A stretch of DNA of 64,000 nucleotides from an uncultured bacterium (GTDB lineage Bacteria; Verrucomicrobiota; Verrucomicrobiia; Limisphaerales; UBA8199), in the NCBI GenBank assembly GCA_963749495.1, contig CAVVMW010000006.1, forward strand, positions 416,001-480,000, read 5' to 3'. Within the stretch, counting starts at the first letter, position 1, and every line of letters begins with the position of its first letter. This document shows, piece by piece, positions 15,759 to 26,107 of the stretch. Made by a program: the position numbers and the translations under genes. Under the pieces are notes generated by a model. The model was not told the DNA's origin and did no database searches. It saw only the letters and a list, made by a program, of their open reading frames with translations.

Positions 15759-18414
15759 CTACGGCAGCACGATGCGGTAGAACCTTCGAGGCGAAGAAGT
15801 GGCCGAGTCGGAGGCGGTCAGGGTGCCGCTGATCGCGGTGACGGCGCTTCCCAAGTTGTTCCACGCGGCCGTAGTCAGATCGTCGGTGTATTGCACCTGG
15901 TAGGCAAGGCCGGGGACCGTGCTCCAGGTCAATGAGATTAGGCCGTGGGTTTCCGTCACCGCCTCCAGCGCCGGCGCCGGCAACGGTTGCACGCTGATGT
16001 CATCCAGCCCGAAGGCGTTCTGGTCATTGCGAAACTCCAACTCCAGAGCGGTGCTGGCCCGGGTCGCCGAAACCGCGAACTGGAAGTTGGTCCAGGCAAA
16101 CTCCCCCAGGTTGGCCCCATTGAACAGGGTCGTTCCGTTCCAAGAGGCGATGAACTCATTGGGCGTTCCGATGGCCGGGTTGTCCAGCCAGAACGAGAGC
16201 AGGTAACGTTGCCCGGCGGTGGTTGGCAGAGTCTGGGAAAGGGAACCCAGGGAACCATTTTGGCCGAGAAACGCGCTATAGATGCCGGAGTGGACGAAGA
16301 TCGAGGCATTGACCCCGGGAACAGGGTTGTTGCCGCCGTGCAAATCGGTGCCATCAATGCTGATGGCAAAATTGTTGCTGCTCTCTCCGGAAGACTTCCA
16401 GTACGTGAAATCACCGGTCTCGAAGCCGCCGTTTCCCGCCAGCAGGGTGAACTGGCGGTCCTGCCCGACACCATCATTGAGATTCTTGAACGAAACGGTC
16501 GTGGCAGAGATGCCGATGAGCAGGTTGCTGGCGGCTGAATTCAGGGCCACGGTGACAGTCGCAGCGGGGCCGCCGGGGGCCAGGGTGCCGCTGGCGGGTG
16601 AGACATTCAACCAAGCGGAGGTGTTGGCCAGAGACCACTTCAGCGAGGCGGCCCCGATGTTGGTCAAGGCGTAAGTCTGCGCCGCTACGCTGAACGGACC
16701 GCCCACCGGGCCTTGGGCGTAGAACCCCAAAGGCGGCGTGATGAGCAGCGGTTCCGTCGGCGGGGCGAGCAACGCCTCGATCAGCCTGGTCCCGCCGTTG
16801 GGGCTGCCCCAGCCCGTGCAAAGGTCATAGCCGCGAACGGCGTGGAACAGGGCCGGGTTGTTCGTGCTGGTGTTGTGCCCGATCGTGATGTCATGGAAAC
16901 AATTGGTGTAGCCGGCGCCTTTGCCAATTGCGTAGAGGGCGGGATTCAGAAAGCCGACCGGCGGTTTGCCGCTGGCGGCGGCCTGTTCGTTGACCAGCGC
17001 CGTGAAAGCGGCCCAGAGCGGCGCCGCGATACTGGTCCCAACCTTGGCCAAGGATTGGCCATCGTCGGCCATTACCCAGGCATTATCGGCAACCATGGCC
17101 ACATCGGGCACATTGCGCATGGTCGTGGAACCGTGGTTCAGGGACATGTCAATGCCCTGCTGCCAATCCGGGATGGGATAGATGCTGCTGATGCCGCCGC
17201 TGCTGCCGCTCCAGGCGACTTCCAGCGCCCAATTGTGCGAACTATCCGTCAGAAGCAAGGTTCCACCGACAACCGTGATGTACGGATCATCGGTCGGCTG
17301 GTCAACGAAGCTGCCGAACGCTCCGTTGTCGCCCGACGCCAGGAAGAATGACTGGCCTTGGGCCGCGAACTGCTGGAAGATCTGCTGCGACGTGGTGTCT
17401 ATGTCGAAACCCCAGGAACAACTCAGTTGTTTGGCGAGGTTGTCCGTGGCCATGCGATTGAGCAGGTCATCCGCGTTGGGCGCGGTCGGGTAGGGCGGGG
17501 CTTCATAAACGAGCACCTGGGAGAGGCCCGGCGCCATGCTGACGGCCATCTCGATGTCCAGCGCCACCTCTTCGTTGTTGTATTCGTTAACTGGATCGGT
17601 GGAGGGGACCCCGTTGAACCCATCCACCAGGACATTGCGCAGCACGACATTCGGCAGCCCGGCCTGCTTTTCATAGGCGGCGATGTCCGCCGCATAGTAG
17701 CCGTCCATCTCGAACAGACCGACTGTCTGCCCTGTGCCGGTGAGCGAGAGGCCCGGCACGTATGCATTCCGGTAGTCGTTGCCGAAATAGGCGCCGGAAC
17801 CGTCCGGCGCGGAGCCGCCGCGCGGGGTGGCCCCGAGAGGCCGGCCACGTGGGCCGGTGGCGGACCCGCGGGTGCGGCAAGGTGTAGTTGTCCAGACCGC
17901 TGATGTGCAGGACCCGCAGCCCTTTGTCCACCGAGGGCTCGGCCTCCGGCGCGAAAAAGGTGCGGGCGTCCTGTGGGTGCGGATACACGCGCAACTTTAC
18001 GTGAAAGGCCCTTTCTACATCCGCAACGGCCCCCGCCACGTCCACCAACATCCGGTTGGCGTGCGTGCCCGTGACCGCCAGGCCATTCGCCTTCGCGAAG
18101 GCGATTACGGTCTGGTACTCCGGTTCCGTCGGGCCGAAGGCCTCCGTGAACTGCTCCGGCGTCAGGTAGTGACGAAAGCCGCCGCTGGCCGGGTCGTAGA
18201 GCTGGCGGAGCAGGTTGGTGAGGCCCTCCCGGTTGCGCAAGGGCAGCCCGATCGCCAGTTCCAGGCGCTTCGTGACCGCCAGGCGGCCGACCGGCTCCAA
18301 CCGCGCCGCCGTCGCCGGCACGTGCCCACGCAGAGTTTGACGTTCCGCCGCGTGGACGCCCACGGCCAAGAACCAGAGCGAACAAACAACCACACATTTT
18401 AAATGATTGCGCAT
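15759..18414 (-). CDS. Secreted S53 (sedolisin/kumamolisin) peptidase with pro-domain, BACON/CBM-like domains and C-terminal FYR-type domain; apparent frameshift at ~17830-17870
   Basis: Pro-domain LYDPASGGFRHYLTPEQF in ORF 17671-18621 (from MRNHLK at 18414); catalytic EVALDIE, SGDNG and GTSIAAP in ORF 15759-17759. Confidence 0.85.
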
Positions 18415-18451
18415 AGTGCCTGAGTCGCCGTGCGCGCCCCGCTGGCCAACT

Positions 18452-19098
18452 GTCCCGGAGGGACACATGAGAATAGCCCAATGCTTTAGCATTGGGTTGG
18501 CGCGCCCCAAAACGTTCCAGTCCCGAAGGGACGGGTGAGCGGGGCTACATTTCGGCCGTCCCTTTGGGACTTGACCGCCTCGGGCCCACCGCCCAACGTT
18601 TCTACGTTTGTCATTACCCACATCTCTCGCTGCCCTAATTGAGAGGATCTCATGCTTCCATGGCCCTCAGGCCAACGGCCTGACGCATACCAGCCCAGGG
18701 CAACGCCCTGGGTTTTCGAGCCGTTTTATCTTCTTGCAGGCCAACGGCCTGCCTCATCGGGTTGATTGGGCGGGTTGACGGGGACCGCTCTCCACGGGCC
18801 AATGGAACGTCGCCGAACCCCAATCCCATGGCACTATGAGTCGCGCTTTCAGCGCTCAACATGGTTTTTGGCCGATAAACCCAGGGCGTTGCCCCCGCCG
18901 CGCCGGAGCGCGAGCGAGGCGGGCTGGGCTGGTATGAGGGACGCCGTTGGCGTCCCGCACCGGCGCGGGGCGCTCCTCGGCTTGGCTCTCCGCGAGGCGT
19001 CCCTTGAGCCCAGAACTGGAATTGATACGACCGGGGAAAAGATGCGGGTAATGACAAGCGTTGAAACGTTGGGCCATTCTCGGATGTCCCTGCGGGAC
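18452..19098. repeat. Cluster of several REP-like palindromes (GTCCCGGAGGGAC, CAGGCCAACGGCCTG and CCCAGGGC types)
   Basis: Multiple short hairpins. The GTCCC..GGGAC family recurs at 35889-36130 and 42039. Confidence 0.75.
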
Positions 19099-19173
19099 AG
19101 CACTCGGGCGCGTTCAGCCTGCTTGCGAGGAAATCTAACATCGTTGAACTCCTCATTGATGCTGCGCAGGTCA

Positions 19174-20724
19174 TTACTGGCTTAAGCGGAAAAACTGCTG
19201 TGTGCCGGTGATGGGGTTCGTCACTGCGTTCAGACCGTTCACGACGACCGGACCCGGTAAGACTGGGGTCCAGACCGCCGGTGAAACAAGGTTCGTGGTG
19301 GATTGCAAGGTGAACCCGGTGGCATTGGCCGGCCACGTCAAAATAACATTGCCTGCGGAAGGGATGATGGTCAGTTCTGGCGGTGCGATCGGCAACGAAA
19401 GACTGAACACCGTGCCACCGCCGAAACTCCCGCCAGAAGAGCCCGTTCCATACAGGGTATTGCCCGATAAAACCAATCCGGCCAGCGGATGAGCTCCGTC
19501 ACTGTTGAGATAAGGTCCAGGATGGGGAGCGGTCGCGGTGAAGCTATACAGGGTCGCAAAACCCGTGCCATCGGTGTTGAGGGCGAACACGGTGCCGTTG
19601 CCACAACTGCCGCCATTAAACGCCGTCCCATACAGGGTGCTGCCCGACAAAATCAAACAGGCAACAGGATTCGCTCCGTCGCTGTTGGTTCCAGTATAAG
19701 GAGCAGAGAGTGGCTTAAAAGTATGCAGGGTGCCAAAACCTGTGCTATCGGTGTTGACCTTGAACACCGTGCCATTGCCCCAACTGCCACCATAATAGGC
19801 GGTCCCATACAAGGTATTGCCCGATAAAAGCAATCTGTTAGGCGAAACAGCTCCGTCGCTGTTTGTAATGTGAGGATAAGAACCGGACCCTAACACGAAA
19901 CTATGCAGGGTCGTAAAACCCGTGCCGTCAGTGTTCAGCTTGTACACCGTGCCATTCCCCGAATTGCCGCCAAAAGATGCCGTCCCGTACAGGGTGTTCC
20001 CCGATAAAATCAATCCGCCTTCCAGCGTACCTCCATCCGTTCCGCCAGTGAAATCATACAGAGTCGTAAAACCCGTGCCATCAGTGTTGACCTTGAACAC
20101 TGTGCCATTCGCCGAACTGCCGCCAAGCTCTGCCGTCCCAAACAGGCTGTTGCCCGAGAGGATCAATCCGGCCTGCGGTTCAGCTCCGTCGCTGTTGTTA
20201 TAAGGCGCAGAAGCCGGGAGTGCGGCGAAACTATGCAAGGTCGTGAAACCGGTGCCGTCCGTGTTCACGGCGAACACCGTCCCATTGCCCCCAGTGCCAC
20301 CCAACGCCGCCGTCCCATACAGGGTGTTGCCCGATAAAATCAGACCGCCATTCGGGTCCCTTCCGTCGCTGCCGCCAGTGAAATCGTACAGGGTCGTAAA
20401 GCCGGAGCCATCGGTGTTGACGGCGAACGCCGTTGTGCTCGAAAAGCCGTCGCCATACGTGGTCCCATACAGCGTGTTGTCCGATAAAATCAATTCCCTA
20501 TGCGGCGAAGCTCCGTCGCTGCCGCCGGTGAAACTATACAGGGTCGTGAACGTCTGCGCCGTCACCGGTCCAGCCAATGCCAAGTCGAGAGCCGCGACCA
20601 GTGCCGGCATGACGAACCGATTTGTAATGTGAGTTTTCGTGGTTTGCCTCTTATAGTCAGGAATTAACCGGGCTTCGTCTTTTCGTGTGCGAGTCGCTGT
20701 TTTCACGTATTTCGCATGTTTCAT
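19174..20724 (-). CDS. Choice-of-anchor tandem repeat (GloVer-type) secreted protein; start may be ~20610
   Basis: About 7 repeats of LILSGNTLYGTA..GG..GNGTVF.VNTDGTGFTTL; C-terminal ...QQFFRLSQ. Confidence 0.85.
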   Translation of the reverse strand: MKHAKYVKTATRTRKDEARLIPDYKRQTTKTHITNRFVMPALVAALDLALAGPVTAQTFTTLYSFTGGSDGASPHRELILSDNTLYGTTYGDGFSSTTAFAVNTDGSGFTTLYDFTGGSDGRDPNGGLILSGNTLYGTAALGGTGGNGTVFAVNTDGTGFTTLHSFAALPASAPYNNSDGAEPQAGLILSGNSLFGTAELGGSSANGTVFKVNTDGTGFTTLYDFTGGTDGGTLEGGLILSGNTLYGTASFGGNSGNGTVYKLNTDGTGFTTLHSFVLGSGSYPHITNSDGAVSPNRLLLSGNTLYGTAYYGGSWGNGTVFKVNTDSTGFGTLHTFKPLSAPYTGTNSDGANPVACLILSGSTLYGTAFNGGSCGNGTVFALNTDGTGFATLYSFTATAPHPGPYLNSDGAHPLAGLVLSGNTLYGTGSSGGSFGGGTVFSLSLPIAPPELTIIPSAGNVILTWPANATGFTLQSTTNLVSPAVWTPVLPGPVVVNGLNAVTNPITGTQQFFRLSQ

Positions 20725-20926
20725 GGTTCCACTGCTGTTTTTACCGTCATACGCTCGTCTATGTCAAAACCGCCGCACAATCTGGTGGCTGCCCGTGCCA
20801 TCATTGCCCAACCAGTCAAGAGCAGGTTTCGCGGAGCGTCAATCCCGAGTCCCCACCACGCGGCGCCGCAGCCCCGAGCCGTGTGGCGCAAGAGCCTGGC
20901 AAGCGCGTAAAGCCTTGAGGCGCGGT

Positions 20927-22222
20927 TCATTGACCCTTTGGCAGCAGCCGCACAATCCAGTGTTCACCTGCGGCATCCGAGGCGCCGCCGGTGACTAACA
21001 GGTTTCCTGCAGCGTCGGTGGCCACTCCCTCCGCTATGGCGCCTTGGAGGTCATCGATGGTTTGCCAGCCAGATGAACGGAGTCTTCTCACGATCCAATG
21101 TCCTTTACCCAGCGCATCGATGGCAGATCCCACCACAACGACATTTCCGGCGGAGTCTGTTCCGCAGCCAAGAGCCTCGGCGTATTGGTTCGGTGCATAG
21201 GTATAAGTGTCCGCGGTTGACCACGTAGTGCCGCCATCGCCGCTGATGCGGGTAATCCAAGCGCAATAGCCGTTTGTCAAGGTCCCGCCCTTTGTTCTCA
21301 CGACCCCAGTTGCTATGAACTGCTGTCCCACCACATAGATGTTTCGCAAACTGTCACCGCACACTCCGTGGGCGGTCGCATTGGGGATAGGACCATCGAC
21401 AGTCACCCAGGTGCCCGCATCACCAGTAATACTCTTTCGCACGAGCCACGGTCCGGGATAAAAATACTGGCCGACAACAAAAACTCCTTTGCCCGGCACA
21501 ACCGCAACGGCACTGGCTACCGGGCCTTCCACGTCGTCCACCAGGGTCCAGGTTTGGCCCCCATCGCTGCTCTTGCGCACCAACCGGTGAAGAGTGATCT
21601 GGGTTGCGGCATGTTTCCCGGAACCCGTTACTCTTACACCATGACCTCCACCGACAACGTAGATGTTGCCCGAATCGTCTGTGGCAAAGCCTGTTGGCCA
21701 CACCCATTGCCCTGGACTGTACTGGTATAGGCTCCCATCCGGCTCATACAGGGTGGACCAACTTTGGCCGCCGTTTGAGCTTTTCCGGACGTACCAAAAG
21801 GCTTCCCCTGGGGTAGCGTCTGGCCAGAGTTGGCCCACGGAGTACAAAAAGCCGCGGCTGTCATAGCCGCAGTCATAAATATCGGAACTGTACTGGCTCG
21901 GGTTGAAACCAGGGTCCAGCAAGGTATCGTCGCTTAAGCCCCAGACGGCCGACAGATCGCCCTTGGCCAATTGCGAGGTTTCGCTGGTGAGGGCGATGCC
22001 GTGTCCGACTCCAGAGGCGTCGTTTGCGGTGCCGGCGGTGAACACCTGGCTGACCAGGTCTGCCGCTATGCCGCGGCTACCCGCGGGCTCTCCGACTGCA
22101 AGCTGGTAATCCAGGACCGTTTGCCAGGTCTGGGCGCGAACAGCGTTGGTTCCCAGCAGCGCGGCCAGCGCCGTTAGGCAGGCCAGCCATTTCGTGAGTC
22201 TGACTGTTGTATTTGTTTTCAT
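20927..22222 (-). CDS. Secreted beta-propeller-like hypothetical protein
   Basis: Signal peptide ending VRA-Q; repeats W(I/L)VRKS.DGG.TW..VD and D..GNIYVVG. Confidence 0.7.
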   Translation of the reverse strand: MKTNTTVRLTKWLACLTALAALLGTNAVRAQTWQTVLDYQLAVGEPAGSRGIAADLVSQVFTAGTANDASGVGHGIALTSETSQLAKGDLSAVWGLSDDTLLDPGFNPSQYSSDIYDCGYDSRGFLYSVGQLWPDATPGEAFWYVRKSSNGGQSWSTLYEPDGSLYQYSPGQWVWPTGFATDDSGNIYVVGGGHGVRVTGSGKHAATQITLHRLVRKSSDGGQTWTLVDDVEGPVASAVAVVPGKGVFVVGQYFYPGPWLVRKSITGDAGTWVTVDGPIPNATAHGVCGDSLRNIYVVGQQFIATGVVRTKGGTLTNGYCAWITRISGDGGTTWSTADTYTYAPNQYAEALGCGTDSAGNVVVVGSAIDALGKGHWIVRRLRSSGWQTIDDLQGAIAEGVATDAAGNLLVTGGASDAAGEHWIVRLLPKGQ

Positions 22223-22286
22223 GGTGTGTTTGATGGTTTAGTTTTGTTTTGTTGTTTTGTGGAGCAACGGCCTGTCGGGGACGTAT

Positions 22287-25286
22287 TCATTTCGGCGGCG
22301 TTCCCTTCTTCTCCACAAGCTGCTTCAGGTGCTCGCGAATCTCCGCGGCGGGCGGATTATCTCCGGCCAGTTCGAGGGCTTTCTTGAGGGTGGCTTCGGC
22401 GTCGGCCAGTTCGCCGCGCTGGAAATGCACCCAGCCCAGCGTGTCGAGATCATTCGCGTCCTTCGGCGCGGCCTGGACGGCGCGGCGGGAAAGGGCGAGG
22501 GCTTCGTCGAGCTTGAGGCGGTGCTCGGCCAGAAACCACGCGAAACCGTTGCACACGTGCGGCTCGTCCGGGCTCATTGCGAGCGCCTGCCGGAAGAATT
22601 GTTCCGCCTCCTCCACCTTGCCTTGGTCGCCGCACACGGACGCCAGGTTCACATAGGTCTGGAGCTTGATGGAAGCCGGCGCGCGTTCGAGGACGGCACG
22701 AAACATTTTCTCCGCTTCCGCGAATTGCCTGCGCATGGCGTGGAGGATTCCGAGATTCATGCAGCAGCCGAGGTTGTCGGGATCAATCTCCAGCGCCTTG
22801 CGATATTGCCGCTCGGCTTCATCGAGCCGCCCCTGGTTGCGCAACAGTTCTCCGAGATTGTTGTTGGCGGCGGAAGAGCCAGGCTCAATCTCAAGGGCCT
22901 TCCGATACATCCTCTCGGCCTCGGCGAACTGGCCTCGCAGACCGAGCACAATCCCCAAGCCGTCGAGGGCGACGGCATCGTCAGGCTCGATCTCGAGGGC
23001 CTTTCGGTAGAGCGCTTCGGCCTCATCAAGCCGGAGGCCGCGTTCGCGCAAAAGTGTGGCCAGATCGACGTGCGCGCTGTTGTCGCTGGGACCCAGCGCG
23101 ATGGCCTTGCGGAAGGCGGCCTCGGCGTCATCGACCCGGCCCAGCTCAAGATAGACCTTGCCCAGGACTGTGCGGGCAGTCGCGTGGGCGGGTTCCAATT
23201 CGACGGCTTTGAGCGCGGCTGGCAAAGCGGCATCCGTCTGGCGGGCGCGCAACAACACCTCAGCTTTTTGCGCGAACAGGTCGGCGGAGAGCGGATTCAA
23301 ACGCAGGCCGGCGTCCACGGCGTTGACCGCATCGGCATAACGCTCGACCAACGTGTAGGCGTCTGCCAGCCAGTGCGCGCTCAGCCACCAGGCGGGCGCC
23401 AGCCGCGCAGCCTCTTCCAGCTCCTGCAAGGCCCGGTCAAAGTTGCCGATGCTGCGCAGGGCCAGTCCCAGACTGAAATGATAGAGTGCCACCGGCGGGT
23501 CAAGTTCGACGGCGCGCCGATAATGACGGATCGCTTCGCCCATCTCCTCCTTGGCCTCGTGAAGGAATGCGAGGTTGTAGCGAACGGCGGCGCAATCGGG
23601 AAAACTGCCGAGCAAGCGCTCCAACGCGATTTGTCCGGCGGCGGTTTGGCCTGGGGCAATCCGCTGCCGGGGTCCGGGGGCAATCAATTGCCACGTCGCA
23701 TCGAACAACTGCTTCTGCACGTTGGCCGGGACGCCTGGCAGCGCTGGGGCATTGGACGGCGCGGTGGGCGTCAGCGCGACGGCCCTTTCCTGGCCGGCGC
23801 GCTGGAGGCTCAAAGTGATGGGCTGGTGCAAACTGGAAAGGATCGCGGCGCGCACTTGCCACTGGTTCGTCACCGGCTGGCCATTCACCGCGCTGATCAC
23901 GTCGCCGACCTGCAGTCCGGCTTGCTCGGCTGGTGAGCCGCGCCAGACCCGCGAGATGCGCGCGGCGTTTGACCGTTGAAGCGGCCCTCCGGCTGCCGCC
24001 GGTTCGCCCTGAGATTCGCCCGCCAGGTTGATTCCGATCCAACCGGCCGGATAGACCAAGTCTTCAAAGGCGTCATGCAAAATAAGTTTTGGATTCGTCA
24101 CCGCCAAGTACCTGGTAGTGAGCCGAAAGGTTTTCAGGCTCGCGATTCGCTTCGGCTCGGTCGGCGCGGTGTCGGCGGAGGCCTGGCTTTCCGTCAGTGC
24201 GGTGGCCTCGACTTTGCCGAAGGCATTGAAGAACTCCACGGCGCCTTCTTTGACGGTGAGGACAGCGACCAAACGGGTTGACGGTTGAGAATTGAGAGTT
24301 GAGGGATGTGTCTTCTGCACTTTCAGACCAAACTCGGTTCCCTTCACGGCCGCGGTCGCGACGGGCGTTTGGACTGCAAACTGTGACTGGCTGGTGGTCT
24401 TCTGCACTTTGGCCCAGACCTGCCCGAGAAGGAGCTTAACTTCGGGCGGGCGCGAGAGTGCCAGTGGCCAGGCCGGAGCGGACTTCGGGGTCCGGATTTC
24501 CTTCACACTTCGCACTTTGGACTTCGGAATTTCTATGGTGGTATTAAAATTCAGGCGCAACGTCGTGCCGTCCTTGAACTGAATCTCGGTTTTGTCAGCG
24601 TCGCCCGTTTCGATGCGGTCCCCCAGCCAGACGGTGGTGGAGAGTGAAGCGTCAAGGCTAGAGTGTTGGCCTGCGTGCCGGACCTTGGGCGAGCCAACGA
24701 CTGCGGCGAAGTGGCCGATTTCGATGCGTGGACCCTGGGCCGCTGTGAAATAGAAAAAGAGCCCGACGCCAAGCAGGACGGCTGCGGCTGCGCCAAAGGC
24801 GAATCGGCGAATGGCTGAAGCGGTAAGAGGAAGTTGCGGAATTAACCGCAGAGAACGCAAAGAACGCAAGAACTGAGGGAATTGAAGCTCTTCTTTGTGA
24901 TCTCTGCGTTCTTTGCGGCTAATCCTGCCGCCGACGCTAAAGAATTCACGCCACGATTGGATGAAACGGCGAAGTGGCGATGGGGCGATGGGGCGGGTCG
25001 TGCCTGGCTCGCGCTGGGCGGCCTGGGGAGAGACCGTCTCCTCCAACACGCGCGCTTTCAGTTGCGCAGGGCCAATGCCGCCCACCGCCGCGAGGATTGA
25101 CTGCTTTACGCGCTGCTTCTGCGTCTCCGGCCGCAGCATGGAGCGCAGCAGGCGATCCAGCTTTCGTTGTTCCAGGACGTAGCGCAATGCCTCTGGCTCG
25201 CTGGCGAGTTGCGCCTGGATCTGCGCACGGGCTTCCGCATCGAGGGCGTCTTCGAGGTACGCCGCTAAAGTGTCGCGGTCGATCAT
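22287..25286 (-). CDS. Anti-sigma factor: N-terminal anti-sigma region + TM + FecR + PDZ + TPR array
   Basis: Start overlaps the sigma stop (ATGA); LGDRIETG...DGTTLRL...TPVATAAVKGTEF (FecR); SPAEQAGLQVGDVI (PDZ); many TPRs. Confidence 0.82.
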   Translation of the reverse strand: MIDRDTLAAYLEDALDAEARAQIQAQLASEPEALRYVLEQRKLDRLLRSMLRPETQKQRVKQSILAAVGGIGPAQLKARVLEETVSPQAAQREPGTTRPIAPSPLRRFIQSWREFFSVGGRISRKERRDHKEELQFPQFLRSLRSLRLIPQLPLTASAIRRFAFGAAAAVLLGVGLFFYFTAAQGPRIEIGHFAAVVGSPKVRHAGQHSSLDASLSTTVWLGDRIETGDADKTEIQFKDGTTLRLNFNTTIEIPKSKVRSVKEIRTPKSAPAWPLALSRPPEVKLLLGQVWAKVQKTTSQSQFAVQTPVATAAVKGTEFGLKVQKTHPSTLNSQPSTRLVAVLTVKEGAVEFFNAFGKVEATALTESQASADTAPTEPKRIASLKTFRLTTRYLAVTNPKLILHDAFEDLVYPAGWIGINLAGESQGEPAAAGGPLQRSNAARISRVWRGSPAEQAGLQVGDVISAVNGQPVTNQWQVRAAILSSLHQPITLSLQRAGQERAVALTPTAPSNAPALPGVPANVQKQLFDATWQLIAPGPRQRIAPGQTAAGQIALERLLGSFPDCAAVRYNLAFLHEAKEEMGEAIRHYRRAVELDPPVALYHFSLGLALRSIGNFDRALQELEEAARLAPAWWLSAHWLADAYTLVERYADAVNAVDAGLRLNPLSADLFAQKAEVLLRARQTDAALPAALKAVELEPAHATARTVLGKVYLELGRVDDAEAAFRKAIALGPSDNSAHVDLATLLRERGLRLDEAEALYRKALEIEPDDAVALDGLGIVLGLRGQFAEAERMYRKALEIEPGSSAANNNLGELLRNQGRLDEAERQYRKALEIDPDNLGCCMNLGILHAMRRQFAEAEKMFRAVLERAPASIKLQTYVNLASVCGDQGKVEEAEQFFRQALAMSPDEPHVCNGFAWFLAEHRLKLDEALALSRRAVQAAPKDANDLDTLGWVHFQRGELADAEATLKKALELAGDNPPAAEIREHLKQLVEKKGTPPK
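24841..24923. repeat. In-frame palindromic 9-mer repeat element within the anti-sigma gene
   Basis: ATTAACCGCAGAGAACGCAAAGAAC...GTTCTTTGCGGCTAAT; related element at ~41913-41982. Confidence 0.75.
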
Positions 25287-25864
25287 GTCGGCTCCTTGGC
25301 AACGGCGCGCTCGATACATTCTCGGAGCTGCTGGCGCAAGCGGCACAGGGTCGTGCGCACCCAGGCCAGGCTGCGTTGCAGGCGTTGGGCGATGTCCGCC
25401 GTGGAATGCTCGTCGTGATATTTTAAGGTCAGCAACTGGCGAAGGGGCTGGGGGACTTTTGCCAGACAATCGTCGAGGGCTTCGACTTCGCGCGAGCTTT
25501 CGCCCTCGTTTTCGGCAAGTGCCATCTCAATCTGCCGATGCTCGGCGTAGTTGATCCGGTTTCGTTCTTCCCGGCAGTAGCGCTCGATTTCAGCGCGGAT
25601 TTTGTTGCTGGCGATGGCGCACAACCAGGCGCGAACGGCCGTGCCCACGGTGAATTGGTGGATGTGATGGTAGGCAAAGACGAACGTCTCGTGAGTGATC
25701 TCGTCCACCAGGTGGGATACGGGCAACCGCAGCGAGATGAAGGCATGAAGGTGATCCAGGTGGTGGTCCACCAGGAGCCCGAAGGCTTGGGCGTCGCCGC
25801 GCTGCACGGCCTCGACCAGCGCCGCGTCGTCCGGCTCATCCCGCCTTATGTCGGTCGTGACCAT
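25283..25864 (-). CDS. ECF sigma-70 family RNA polymerase sigma factor
   Basis: DAALVEAVQRGDAQAF, DEITHETF, AWLCAIA, region 4 LLTLKY...DIAQRL...LCRLRQQLREC. Confidence 0.88.
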   Translation of the reverse strand: MVTTDIRRDEPDDAALVEAVQRGDAQAFGLLVDHHLDHLHAFISLRLPVSHLVDEITHETFVFAYHHIHQFTVGTAVRAWLCAIASNKIRAEIERYCREERNRINYAEHRQIEMALAENEGESSREVEALDDCLAKVPQPLRQLLTLKYHDEHSTADIAQRLQRSLAWVRTTLCRLRQQLRECIERAVAKEPT

Positions 25865-26107
25865 ATCGGTTTCTGCCCGATCTATAGGACTTCCCCCCCG
25901 CAACGTTACAAAATAATCCGCGACAATCGGAAATCCTGGGGGGGAGTGTTTCAGGCGAGGGAGAATGGGATTCCATAAACACCTCTACCCATTAACAGAA
26001 CAATTGCAAACGCAGCCGTTGAACCAGAACGGGGTCAGAACAAGATTGCCTCACTATTCTCGGATTTTTGGCTGGAACAGACTCTCTTCCAATGTGCCGC
26101 TCACGGC

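Noticed and set aside
18650..19336. ORFs across the REP cluster (also 12376-12855, 36012-36458, 54469-54846)
   Set aside because: Translations derive from palindromic repeats and have no protein-like features.
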